DNA of 64,000 nucleotides from an uncultured bacterium (lineage in GTDB: Bacteria; Verrucomicrobiota; Kiritimatiellia; RFP12; UBA1067): positions 3,590,406 to 3,654,405 of the forward strand of contig OW818680.1 in assembly GCA_942493055.1 (NCBI GenBank). The letters run 5' to 3'. Each line of letters starts with the position of its first letter. Position 1 is the first letter of the stretch. Position numbers and translations under genes: made by a program. The notes under the pieces were generated by a model that was not told the DNA's origin, made no database searches, and saw only the letters and a list, made by a program, of their open reading frames with translations. This document shows, piece by piece, positions 15,478 through 25,402 of this stretch.

Positions 15478-17060
15478 GGGGACAGACAAGGAATCGAAAG
15501 TGCGCCTCCGGTTTGGGCACAGGGTTATCAGCGGGTTGCCTTTGCATGGCTATACAGGCACATCAAGGCATGTCCGGGTGAGAGAAGATGGCCGCTAAAA
15601 ACGAAATATTGCATTTTTGGGAAAGCAACTACTCCCGTGGATGTTATTTTCCTCCACGGTTCTTATAGGTGCGACTTATTTTGGGCTGATCGGCTATGCC
15701 AGCGGAGAGACGCTGACCGGCGAGACTCGGAGGTCGCGCGCGGTGCAGAGCCCCTCTGCCAGGCAGAAGCGCATCCTGCGCGCGCCGGTCTTGCGCTTCG
15801 CCCCGAAGTGGGCGCGGTTGCGTTCGAATACGGACTCCACGAACGCCCTGCTGCCGAACGCCAGGCCGTCCCGGAAGTAGCGGACGCGGCAGCGCAGGAG
15901 GTCGGGCAGCGGCATCCTGCCCCCGCGTTCGATCACCTCACGCGCCTCTTCAGGCGAGAACCCAACGCGCCGAAGCCTGCCTGCTTCGTCGCGGCGTTCC
16001 TCGCCATGGGTGTAAAGGGAGGCGCGGTAGGCCGCCAGGGCCTCTGCGACGTCAGCTTTCTGCGCTGGCATGCCGAAGGACTGGAGTGCGAGGATGCTCT
16101 GCCGCGCGGAAGCGGAGCCGCCGCACGCCTCGCCGTAGCCGCTCCAGCGGTACTCCGCCGGATCCTTCACGATCCCGGCGCGCACGGGGTTGAGGTCGAT
16201 GTAGGCCGCAACCGTTGAGAGCGCGCGGCTTTCGCCTTCCACCAGGAGGCTGGCGTAGCGGCCCTCCCAGAGCGTCCCGGTGCGCGAGTGGCGCCGGTTG
16301 AAGGAGATGGAGTAGCACTGCTTGAGGAGCTTCATGAAGGGGCTGATGTCGCCCATGCGCCGGCGAAGCACATCCTGCTCACGTTCGGCGAGCTGCCCGA
16401 GACCGCCCGTGCGCCAGTCCTCCCAGCGCTGCTTATAGCGCTCTGCCTCCAACGATCCGTAGAGTGACCCGATGCGCCTGAGCAGCTCCGTGTCGTCCAG
16501 CACGGGCTGCGCCGGCACATCGAGCAGGACATGGAAGTGGTTCGAGAGGATCGCGTAGGTGAGCACCCTCACGCCCGAGAAGACCTCCGCCTTGCGCAGG
16601 ATGTGCCGGAAGATCTCCCGCTCGCCGTCGTCCATCTTGAAGCTCCTGTCTACGATCCGGCTCGTGACATGGTAACATCCGATCCCCGCCTCCGCCTTGA
16701 TTCTCGCTTTTCTCATACGCCGCTCCTTTCCTTATGGGAGAGTTTGTCTGTCCCCCTGTTGTAAGAACGGCACGAGATTATCACATCCGTACTGGAAAAA
16801 TGTCGCCTTCAAGGCGACATTTGCATAACATGTCTGTCCCGAATGGCTAAGATAAGCATATTCAAGTCGTATTTTTGTGGCTCAGCGCAGCTTCGCCCTC
16901 CATTTTCAAAGCGGATTCGCAAGCTGGCGAGACTGAGGCGAGCCGTTGCTATCTTAGCGCCATTCTTGTCTGTCCCCTTATGTCGCTGAGGAAGTTGCCC
17001 AACAAACAGGCGAACCCAATCGTTGCTCCGTGCGGAAGCAGGGGATAGCATGTCTGTCCC
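15478..17060. mobile_element. RAYT/REP-like locus: a Y1 HuH transposase gene bracketed by tgtctgtccc elements
   Basis: Direct copies at 16745, 16831, 16967 and 17051. An inverted copy (gggacagaca) lies at 15478-15487 on the other side of the gene. Perfect hairpin atgtcgccttcaaggcgacat at 16800-16821. Confidence 0.4.
15694..16716 (-). CDS. Y1 (HuH) tyrosine transposase, IS200/IS605 TnpA / REP-associated (RAYT)-like, with a C-terminal extension
   Basis: HuH motif NHFHVLL preceded by YHVTSR. The catalytic-tyrosine helix motif YIDLNPVRAG is present. 340 aa, with host-like GC. Confidence 0.75.
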   Translation of the reverse strand: MRKARIKAEAGIGCYHVTSRIVDRSFKMDDGEREIFRHILRKAEVFSGVRVLTYAILSNHFHVLLDVPAQPVLDDTELLRRIGSLYGSLEAERYKQRWEDWRTGGLGQLAEREQDVLRRRMGDISPFMKLLKQCYSISFNRRHSRTGTLWEGRYASLLVEGESRALSTVAAYIDLNPVRAGIVKDPAEYRWSGYGEACGGSASARQSILALQSFGMPAQKADVAEALAAYRASLYTHGEERRDEAGRLRRVGFSPEEAREVIERGGRMPLPDLLRCRVRYFRDGLAFGSRAFVESVFERNRAHFGAKRKTGARRMRFCLAEGLCTARDLRVSPVSVSPLA

Positions 17061-17204
17061 TTTGGCCCGTGGCGCAATTTTTTCCGCTTCTTTTCCCTTG
17101 CTTCTCCAATCCCGAACAGCGACAATATTACGTGTTTATTTTTAAAGCATTAGGTATTAACCTACTTACCCAAAGATTAGACATTCGAAGAGGGAGAACA
17201 CTTA

Positions 17205-17581
17205 TGAAGAGGGTTGCACGACTTATTCCAGTATTAATTCTGATTGCTGTTGTTGTTGGCATGAAGATGCACACAAAAACTAAGGCGAGTGCAGAAATCA
17301 AATCCCTAGCCACTCAATACATCGCATCTATTCCCAAATATCGCGCAAATAAGCCGATCTACGATGATCTCTTTTCAACACAACATAAAGAGGCCTTTAA
17401 TCAAGCATACTCTTTTGGAGGGCGCTATTCTTCCTCAAAATTTGATTGGATTAAATACAAAGCATTCTTGCTGGCTCTCATGGCAAAAGAAGCGAAATTA
17501 AAGGGAAATGATAAGATTGCCTCTGATCTGACAGCCTTCTCAAAAGCAGAGAATCTGCCAGGGGTGGTATTTCATAATTAA
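17205..17581 (+). CDS. Hypothetical membrane-anchored small protein (low GC)
   Basis: N-terminal hydrophobic segment LIPVLILIAVVVGM; about 40% GC in a 60% GC genome; adjacent to the RAYT locus. Start taken at the internal Met (MKRVARL). Confidence 0.4.
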
Positions 17582-17720
17582 ATTCCGAGCGACGAATCGG
17601 GCGGCAACACAGGGGAAAACATGCCATTAGAAATTTCAGACTGTATTGATATGATCGTCGCGACACAAGAAGGCCGCCTTCAGTTGGTTATTACTGATTC
17701 AGGCCCAGCCGGGCGACGCT

Positions 17721-19871
17721 TTATTTCCAGTGCAATTCAAAGGGCACAGGCCCTGAGGCGGGTGCGGTCAGTGTCACGGCCAGCAGTTCTGGCGTTTCGA
17801 GGGCTGCCTTGCATGCCACCCCGCCCTCCGCACGCGCCGTGTCGAACGTATAACCTGGCGGGATGCGAAAGCGCAAGGTCAACGGAAAGCCCTTCACTGC
17901 GGCCACTGTTCCCGCGAGCGTCTTTGACCCCGCATCCCACGCGAGCGCCTTCAACTCGACACCGCCCTGCGTGAGGTGTCGGTCGCTGCTGAGGAACTGT
18001 GGGTGCGGGGTCGCCCGATGCACCGCCAGCAGGCGCGTGCCATGTCCTGGCACCTCCACCTCGAAGCGCCCCGAGCGTACACCGTGGCTTGTGCCGGTCC
18101 AGAACTCGTACACGGCGTAGCCCGCCTCCGGGTCGAGCCCGAGTTCCGCGAAGTCGAACCCCTTTTGCGCCGGGGCCTCTTCCCAGTTGAAGAGCGCCAC
18201 CACATCCCATGTTGCGAAGGGGCGCGCGATCTTGAGGTTCCAGACAGGCAAGAGACGGAAGACCGGGTAGAGATCCAGCGGACGCACATTGCAGACCGGC
18301 AGCGTCTGCTGCAGCAAACGCATGCGCTCCGGCGCGAGCCCTGCGAGCTTGTCGCCTGAAAACATCATCTGCCCCGGAAGTGCCACCACGGTCGTGGAGA
18401 GCCGGGCCTGCTCGATGCCCAAAAAATCACCGACCAGTAACGTGTCCGGGTCGGAGTAGAAGACGATGTTGTGAGCGAAAATCTGGTTTAGTGTGCAGGT
18501 CGCCTGAGTGAGCAGGTTCGCCCATTTAGGCGGCTGGTTTGGATGTACGATGTCTGCGCCTGTGCGCGCCGCGTCGGCCATGGCGACCTCTGCACCCGTG
18601 AAATGGCCCTGGCACGCCAGAAAGATGCGGTCCGGGCCGATGCCCTCGCGGAACGCCTTGACACAGCGCTCGAACGGGTTCGGACAGGCGGGGTCCTTGA
18701 ACCGGGCCCGGATCTCCGGGCGCTCGAAGAAGTGTGCGCAATAGCCGCGGTTGCGGCCTGACATGCCGTCGATCTTGAAGAAATCATAGCCCCACTCCCG
18801 CGACTGGATGCGGTGGATCTCGCGCAAATGGTCGATCACCTCCTGCTGCGACGGATCGATCGTGTACTTCCCGTTCCATGTCGAGATCGGCTTGCCTTGC
18901 TCGTCATGCAGGAACCACGCCTTGTGTGCGGCGTAGAACGCGTCACTGCCCGTGCCGAAGGGCGCGGTCCAGATCCCCGGGCGGAACCCCAGCGCGCGGA
19001 TGTCATCCGCCAGCTTTTTCATCCCCCCGGGGAACTTGCGGGGACTGGGCGTCAAGCTCAGGTTGTCGAAGGCGCTCACGGGCAACTGGTCGGAGTTGTC
19101 CTGCCACGACTCGATGGACCAGAACTCCATACCGAACGGTTGCAGCTGCGCCTGGCCGATCCGTGCCTCGGCAAGATTATCCGCTGCCGTAGCTTTGTCA
19201 AAATAGGTGTTCCACGACATCCAGCCCGTGGGCGCTGAGGGGCAGCGCGTCCGGTCGAGGGGTCGATAGTACGGGATATAACGGCGGCGGTAGTAGTCGC
19301 GCTCGACTGTGAAGGTCCAGACGGACTCAGACGCCTCCTCGATCCGCGCGCGCAGCGACACGCCATACACGCCCGGGCTTTTTGTAGTCAGCCGCCGCTG
19401 CGGCGCGCTGATTAGGAGCGCACGGTCGAGTTGCGGATCGAACAGCGCGTTGTTCAGTGCAGAATCGGCAGGCCCCGACGCAAGCTGTAGCACGCGCGAT
19501 GTCTTCAAGGGTTCCGTACGGCAGGCAAAGCTCTCGGGTGTGAAGACGACATCGCCTACGAACTGAAGTTCGCCGCTGTAGTTCTGCGCTGTCCGGTGAT
19601 AGACCAGCAGTTCCAGCCGGTCGCCGTTGTCCACGAAGGCGAGATACCCCTGCACGTCACCCCGCTCGTCGAGCAACGCCAGCCGCGTGCGCATCGCATC
19701 ACGCGGCGCGACCACCCGCCACCGCTTCTCCCCAACGGAAAAACCGAGGGTGCCGCTGATGTGCACCGAGCCTGCATCGTGCGCGAGTTCCAGCCGGGCG
19801 TCCGCTTCGTTGAACGTCAGGTTCCAGTTTCCAAGTGCCAGTGCGAACAGCCCCACAGCCATATTGAGCAT
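17721..19871 (-). CDS. Glycoside hydrolase, alpha-galactosidase-like (clan GH-D, GH36/GH27-type)
   Basis: 716 aa with a TIM-barrel region carrying ...PTGWMSWNTYF... and ...FFKIDGMSG... motifs typical of GH27/GH36 alpha-galactosidases. Confidence 0.6.
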   Translation of the reverse strand: MLNMAVGLFALALGNWNLTFNEADARLELAHDAGSVHISGTLGFSVGEKRWRVVAPRDAMRTRLALLDERGDVQGYLAFVDNGDRLELLVYHRTAQNYSGELQFVGDVVFTPESFACRTEPLKTSRVLQLASGPADSALNNALFDPQLDRALLISAPQRRLTTKSPGVYGVSLRARIEEASESVWTFTVERDYYRRRYIPYYRPLDRTRCPSAPTGWMSWNTYFDKATAADNLAEARIGQAQLQPFGMEFWSIESWQDNSDQLPVSAFDNLSLTPSPRKFPGGMKKLADDIRALGFRPGIWTAPFGTGSDAFYAAHKAWFLHDEQGKPISTWNGKYTIDPSQQEVIDHLREIHRIQSREWGYDFFKIDGMSGRNRGYCAHFFERPEIRARFKDPACPNPFERCVKAFREGIGPDRIFLACQGHFTGAEVAMADAARTGADIVHPNQPPKWANLLTQATCTLNQIFAHNIVFYSDPDTLLVGDFLGIEQARLSTTVVALPGQMMFSGDKLAGLAPERMRLLQQTLPVCNVRPLDLYPVFRLLPVWNLKIARPFATWDVVALFNWEEAPAQKGFDFAELGLDPEAGYAVYEFWTGTSHGVRSGRFEVEVPGHGTRLLAVHRATPHPQFLSSDRHLTQGGVELKALAWDAGSKTLAGTVAAVKGFPLTLRFRIPPGYTFDTARAEGGVACKAALETPELLAVTLTAPASGPVPFELHWK

Positions 19872-19927
19872 ACATTCCCCTGTCTTACCCGGTAAGGCGT
19901 ATTGGAAAGAACGGACGTGCGGCTATA

Positions 19928-21652
19928 TTACGTGTATCGCAAGATCTCGTCGATCGTGGTATAGCCGTCGAGGACGTTTCGGATGGCGTCTTCACGCATG
20001 GTCCGCATGCCCAGTTCGCGGGCGCGTTCACGGATGAAGAGGGTCGGGCGGCGTTCGTTAATGAGGTCTCGGATGGGATCCGTGACCCGCAGATATTCGA
20101 AGACGCCTTTACGGCCTTTGTAGCCGGTCCCGCTGCATTTGGTGCAGCCTTTGCCGTAATAGAACTGGCGGTTGCCGACATCTTCCGGTTTCAGCCCGAG
20201 ACGGGCGATGGCCTCGCTGTCAGGGGTGAAGGCCTCTTTGCAGAGCGGGCAGATGGTGCGCACGAGACGCTGCCCCAGCACGGCTTCCAGGGTCGAGGCG
20301 ATGAGATAGGGTTCCACGTTCATATCGATGAGACGTGTCACGGCGCCCGAGGCGTCGTTCGTGTGAAGCGTGCTGAAGACCAGATGGCCCGTGAGGGAGG
20401 CCTGAACCGCGATCTGCGCGGTTTCAAGGTCGCGAATTTCACCGATCATCATGATGTCCGGGTCTTGACGCAAGAAGGCGCGGAGCACCTTCGGGAAGGT
20501 GTTGCCCGTACTCGGGTTGATCTGCACCTGCACGATGCCGTCAATGTCATATTCGACCGGCTCTTCGGCGGTGAGCAGTTTGGAATCAATCTTGTTGATG
20601 CGGCCGAGACAGGAGTAGAGTGTGGTCGTCTTGCCGGAACCGGTTGGCCCTGTGACGATGATAATGCCATTGGGTTTTTCCACATCCATGGTGAGGTTTT
20701 CGAAGATGTCTTCCGGCAGCCCGATATTTTCAAGGTCCAGCGACACCACACTACGATCCAACACACGTAGCACCACGCTCTCGCCGAACGAGGTCGGCAA
20801 GCACGAAACACGCAAATCGATCTGCTTGCCTGCCACGGTTAAGGCGATACGTCCGTCCTGGGGGACGCGGCGTTCAGCGATGTTCAGGCCAGACATGACC
20901 TTGACGCGGGAGATGATCGGAAGAGCCAGACGCCGGGGCGGCGGGGCCATTTCATAGAGTGCGCCATCCACACGGTAGCGGATCTTGAAATCTTTTTCAA
21001 ACGGTTCGAAGTGGATGTCTGAGGCGCGGTCCGTCACAGCTTGATAGAGGACCAGGTTCACAAAGCGGATCACAGGGGCGGCGGAGGCGGCAGACTCGAT
21101 GCTCTTCTCGTCCATGCTGTCGTCAGCGCCCAGTGCGACGTTGTTCGCCATGTCCGAGTCGAGACTGTTAATCATGTCCGCGACCGTTGCACTCTCATCG
21201 CCATAATATTCAGAGACGCGCTCGCGCACATCTTTCTCATGGGCGAAGACAAAGTGGATATCCTTGGTCAGCACGAACATGAGTTCATCCATGACATGCG
21301 GATCGACGAGGTCGCACGTGGCCAAGGTGATGGTGCCTGCTGTCGCGGCGACCGGGACGATCATATACATGCGGGCGATGTTGCCGGGGACGCTTTCGAT
21401 AATATCGGAGTTCAGTGTCGCCGTGGTCAGGTCAATCACTTCGCATCCTTGGTAGGAGGCCATCATGCTCAGCATATCGTCTTCCGTCACATAGCCTGTT
21501 GTGACGAGCAGCGTACGGATCGACTTGCCGCTGCGCGTATGTTCCTCACGCAACTCATCGACCTGCTCGTGATCGATGATACCGTTGCTGGTCATCAAAT
21601 CCAAAAGAGGCTCGTAGGTGAAAACAGGTTCGGCAATGGGTTCATCAGGCAT
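19928..21652 (-). CDS. pilB: Type IV pilus assembly / type II secretion ATPase, GspE/PilB family
   Basis: N-terminal T2SSE_N domain, Walker [16 protein letters not shown], Asp/His boxes, and a C-terminal tetracysteine motif CPLCK...CTKCSGTGYKGRKG. Confidence 0.85.
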   Translation of the reverse strand: MPDEPIAEPVFTYEPLLDLMTSNGIIDHEQVDELREEHTRSGKSIRTLLVTTGYVTEDDMLSMMASYQGCEVIDLTTATLNSDIIESVPGNIARMYMIVPVAATAGTITLATCDLVDPHVMDELMFVLTKDIHFVFAHEKDVRERVSEYYGDESATVADMINSLDSDMANNVALGADDSMDEKSIESAASAAPVIRFVNLVLYQAVTDRASDIHFEPFEKDFKIRYRVDGALYEMAPPPRRLALPIISRVKVMSGLNIAERRVPQDGRIALTVAGKQIDLRVSCLPTSFGESVVLRVLDRSVVSLDLENIGLPEDIFENLTMDVEKPNGIIIVTGPTGSGKTTTLYSCLGRINKIDSKLLTAEEPVEYDIDGIVQVQINPSTGNTFPKVLRAFLRQDPDIMMIGEIRDLETAQIAVQASLTGHLVFSTLHTNDASGAVTRLIDMNVEPYLIASTLEAVLGQRLVRTICPLCKEAFTPDSEAIARLGLKPEDVGNRQFYYGKGCTKCSGTGYKGRKGVFEYLRVTDPIRDLINERRPTLFIRERARELGMRTMREDAIRNVLDGYTTIDEILRYT

Positions 21653-21657
21653 AAGTA

Positions 21658-22749
21658 TTAACCTCTTCCTTTGGTTTGGAGTTCAGATTTCAGCTTCTGA
21701 ACCAGCGTGTCAGGGTCCTGTGACTTGGTGACGAGGTCATCGTAGGAAATCAGTCCCGCCATGTAGAGTTCGAGCAGATGGGAGTCCAGGGCGATCATGC
21801 CAAACTTGGCGCCCGTCTGGATATCCGAGGTGATCTGGAAGGTCTTGTTGTCGCGGATACGGGAGCGGATGGAGGGCGTTGAGATCATGATTTCAAACGC
21901 GGCGACGCGGCCCGGTTTGTCCGCACGCGGTAAGAGGAGTTGCGAGATCACAGCCACGATACTGACGGAGAGCTGCGTACGAACCTGCTCCTGCTGGTCA
22001 GTCGGGAAGGCGTCCACAATACGGTCGACCGTTGCGGCCGCGCCGGTCGTATGCAGCGTGGCGAAGACCAAGTGTCCGGTTTCAGCAGCGGTGATGGCCG
22101 CCTGCATGGTTTCGAGATCGCGCATTTCACCGACGAGAATCACATCCGGGTCTTGGCGCAGCGCGCGGCGAATCGCCTCTGCAAAGGAGGGGACGTCTGT
22201 GCCGATTTCACGCTGGGTGACAATCGACTTCTTGTGCGCATGGTAATATTCGATCGGGTCTTCAACCGTGATGATGTGCACGTCGCGCTCGTTGTTAATG
22301 ATGTTCAACATGCTGGCGAGCGTCGTGGTCTTGCCCGAGCCCGTGGGCCCGGTGACGAGGATGAGTCCGCGCGGTTTAAAGAGGAGTTCCTGCACCTGCT
22401 CCGGTAGGCCGATTTGCTCCAGGGTGAGCAGCTTGCTGGGAATCTGGCGCAAGACGAGTGAGTAGTTGCCGCGCTCCTTGAAGGCGCTGACGCGAAAACG
22501 GGCGACATCTCGGAAGGGGAGCGCATAGTCGGTGCCGCCGACACGTTCGATCTCGTTCATGCGCTCTTCAGGGGTGATGGACTTGACAAGTTCATACGTG
22601 TCTTCCCGTGTAAAGGGCGGGACGTCCAGGGGCGTGAGCGAACCGTGGACGCGCAGCATCGGCGGTACGCCTACGCGGATATGCAGGTCCGAGGACCCTT
22701 CGTCTACGGTTGCCTGCAACAAATCGTTCATGGTCATTTCGAGGCTCAT
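21658..22749 (-). CDS. pilT: Twitching motility / pilus retraction ATPase PilT
   Basis: 363 aa. Walker [29 protein letters not shown], and a [10 protein letters not shown] His box; no GspE N-terminal domain. Confidence 0.9.
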   Translation of the reverse strand: MSLEMTMNDLLQATVDEGSSDLHIRVGVPPMLRVHGSLTPLDVPPFTREDTYELVKSITPEERMNEIERVGGTDYALPFRDVARFRVSAFKERGNYSLVLRQIPSKLLTLEQIGLPEQVQELLFKPRGLILVTGPTGSGKTTTLASMLNIINNERDVHIITVEDPIEYYHAHKKSIVTQREIGTDVPSFAEAIRRALRQDPDVILVGEMRDLETMQAAITAAETGHLVFATLHTTGAAATVDRIVDAFPTDQQEQVRTQLSVSIVAVISQLLLPRADKPGRVAAFEIMISTPSIRSRIRDNKTFQITSDIQTGAKFGMIALDSHLLELYMAGLISYDDLVTKSQDPDTLVQKLKSELQTKGRG

Positions 22750-24440
22750 TAGTCTGCATCTCCCATGGTTGCGCGTAGGACTTCTTCAAGCGAGGTCATG
22801 CCTGACGCAATTTTCAATATGCCATCTTCACGTAAGGTGCGCATGCCCATTTCGCGTGCGCGTGCACGTAAAATTGTGGCAGGCGAATGATCGAAGATCA
22901 GGCGCTGGATGGTGTCATCGATCATGAAAATCTCAAAGATACCTTTACGCCCCTTGTAGCCGTTGTTGCTGCAGTTCGGGCAGCCTGTTCCCTTGAACAT
23001 CTTTGTCCCGGCCACGCTCTTGCCGATGGCGCCGAGCATCTTGATTTCACGGTCTGTCGGGGTGTATTCGGTCTTGCAGTTGGTACAGATTGCGCGCACC
23101 AGGCGTTGGGCCATGGCGGCTCGGAGCGCCGAGGCGACCAAGAAGGGCTTCACGCCGATATCCAGCAGACGGGTGACAGCGCTGGGGGCGTCATTGGTGT
23201 GGAGGGTGCTGAAGACCAAGTGACCTGTGAGCGCGGCTTCCATGGCGATGTCCGCAGTCTCATGGTCACGAATTTCACCGATCATCACGATGTTCGGCGC
23301 CTGACGCAAGATGGAGCGGAGCGCGGTGGAGAAGTCCAGCCCCACATCGCGATTCACGCCGACCTGGTTGATGCCGGACATCACATATTCGACGGGGTCT
23401 TCAACCGTAATGATTTTACGGTCCGGCAGGTTGATCTGTCCCAAGCACGCGTAGAGCGTCGTGGTCTTACCGGAACCGGTCGGGCCGGTCACGAGCAGCA
23501 CGCCGTCCGGCAGGGTGATCAGGCGTTCAAATTTGTTCTGGTCGTCTGACAGGAAGCCCAGCTGCGGCAAGCCGAGCGAGAGGTTGGTCTTGTCGAGAAT
23601 ACGCATGACGATACTTTCGCCGTGGTTCGTCGGCACGGACGAGACACGCAAGTCGAGATCGCGGCCTTGGACCTTAATCTGAATACGTCCGTCCTGCGGA
23701 ATCCGTTTTTCAGAGATCTTCATGTTCGACATGATCTTGATGCGGCTGAGGATGGCGGCCTGAAGGCGCTTGTTGGGGCTGTCCATCTCGCGCAGGGCGC
23801 CGTCAATGCGGTAACGCACACGGAAGGTGCGTTCCATGGGTTCGAGGTGAATGTCCGACGCGCGCATCTTGACCGCCTCGGTGATGATCAGGCTGACGAG
23901 ACGAATAATCGGCGCATCGGAGTCCTTGGAGTCGGAGGTCACCTCTGACTTGTCTTTTTCCGTGACATCGACGTTGGGATCATCCTTGTCAAAGATGTTT
24001 TCAAATTCCGGGGGATAGAGCTTGTCCACGGCCGCCTTCACTTCGAGGCGCGGCGCAATCACGGCGTCCACATCGCGCTTGAGCACATAGTGAAGGCTGT
24101 CGACCGTGTCGTAGGCCATCGGATCGCTGAGGGCGACGGTCACAGAGGTGTCCGTGGCGAAGACCGGGACCACGCCATACTTGCGGGCGAGATCGCTGGG
24201 GATGATATCCTTCACCGAAGGGTCGATGGCGTCTGCGTTGACATGGACATACTGCATGCCAAATTGTGTCGCAATCATTCCCAGGACGATATCTTCGGTG
24301 ACCGCGCCCGTCTGGATCAGAATGTCCAGCGTGGTCTCTCCCTCCTGCTTGAGCGAATTCATCACAGCCGTCACCTGCTCAGGCGAGACGTATCCCTGCT
24401 CCTGCAAGAGTTCCAAGACATAATCATCATTTGAAGTCAC
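22749..24440 (-). CDS. Second GspE/PilB-family secretion/pilus ATPase
   Basis: 563 aa. T2SSE_N-like N-terminus, Walker [17 protein letters not shown], and tetracysteine CTNCK...[14 protein letters not shown]. Confidence 0.85.
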   Translation of the reverse strand: MTSNDDYVLELLQEQGYVSPEQVTAVMNSLKQEGETTLDILIQTGAVTEDIVLGMIATQFGMQYVHVNADAIDPSVKDIIPSDLARKYGVVPVFATDTSVTVALSDPMAYDTVDSLHYVLKRDVDAVIAPRLEVKAAVDKLYPPEFENIFDKDDPNVDVTEKDKSEVTSDSKDSDAPIIRLVSLIITEAVKMRASDIHLEPMERTFRVRYRIDGALREMDSPNKRLQAAILSRIKIMSNMKISEKRIPQDGRIQIKVQGRDLDLRVSSVPTNHGESIVMRILDKTNLSLGLPQLGFLSDDQNKFERLITLPDGVLLVTGPTGSGKTTTLYACLGQINLPDRKIITVEDPVEYVMSGINQVGVNRDVGLDFSTALRSILRQAPNIVMIGEIRDHETADIAMEAALTGHLVFSTLHTNDAPSAVTRLLDIGVKPFLVASALRAAMAQRLVRAICTNCKTEYTPTDREIKMLGAIGKSVAGTKMFKGTGCPNCSNNGYKGRKGIFEIFMIDDTIQRLIFDHSPATILRARAREMGMRTLREDGILKIASGMTSLEEVLRATMGDAD

Positions 24441-24613
24441 AGTGGTTCTCCCATCTTCTCGAAAAGTCCAATCTGCCAGTCATGTTGCCACACACAAACT
24501 TTCATGACCTCTTTTTGAAAGCGACTAAATTACCCTTTTAATCGAATTCAGACAAGTTAATTATTGCTCCAAAGCCTTGGCGACTAAATCACCGGAATCG
24601 CATCAGGCCGATT

Positions 24614-25402
24614 TCAAACATCATATCGTCGCAAATCTTCTGCCGTGATATCCTTTGCGGGCACAAGGACATAGTGTTTCTGGTCAATAATCCTAACATC
24701 TTCACCCTCCATCGTCAGTTCAAACATCGCCAGCCGATCATCCCCCAGCAGATGCACGGAAACCGCCCGGCAAAGGAGATCGGGAAACCTTTCCCGGCAA
24801 AAAGCGATATCTTGTTCCGTTTGTACGACGCCATGTCGGTCTTTTGCTGTTTTTGCTTGAACGGGAACAATAAACTGCCTCCCTCTCCGGTCAACCCCGA
24901 CATACAGCTCGTCAATCTCTATCTGGCCAACACTTGAAACTGTTGTCCTCAGATGATTTTGCATGGAATGCGCGGTTATCCCAAGGAAAATATCGACAAG
25001 CCTATTGTAGCGAACCTTTGCCAGCATGGCTTGTTCGTCATCGAAAGCATTTTTTATAAGGATTTCGGGTGTGGCATTCGGGATTTTGATCGGCAAAAGA
25101 TGAATATCAGGCTCAATCTTTACGTGTGGCGACTGTTTAAAGCAATACTTCCCTTTGCCTGCGCCTCTGATCATCCAGGACAATCCTTTTTTGGCTGTCT
25201 TCGTCACGGAAGCCGGAAGATTGGTTCGGTAACGAAAAGAATAGATGATATCTCCCAGGTTCTTCGGCAACATAATGCCAAGCTCGGTTGCGGTTTTCTC
25301 TAATTCGTCTCTCAGAAAACAAAACTCATTCACCCCTGTTTTGTAGTGTTTAAAGAAGATCGCTTCTAAAAGCTGTTCATATCGATTGAGAACTGTTTTC
25401 AT
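24614..25402 (-). CDS. Putative type II restriction endonuclease, cognate of the adjacent C5-methyltransferase
   Basis: 262 aa. The start codon overlaps the methyltransferase stop by 4 nt (ATGA). About 45% GC against 60% background. No family could be assigned from sequence. Confidence 0.5.
   Translation of the reverse strand: MKTVLNRYEQLLEAIFFKHYKTGVNEFCFLRDELEKTATELGIMLPKNLGDIIYSFRYRTNLPASVTKTAKKGLSWMIRGAGKGKYCFKQSPHVKIEPDIHLLPIKIPNATPEILIKNAFDDEQAMLAKVRYNRLVDIFLGITAHSMQNHLRTTVSSVGQIEIDELYVGVDRRGRQFIVPVQAKTAKDRHGVVQTEQDIAFCRERFPDLLCRAVSVHLLGDDRLAMFELTMEGEDVRIIDQKHYVLVPAKDITAEDLRRYDV

Noticed and set aside
15637-16218. 193-aa plus-strand ORF
   Set aside because: Antisense to the Y1 transposase gene; R/A/G-rich.
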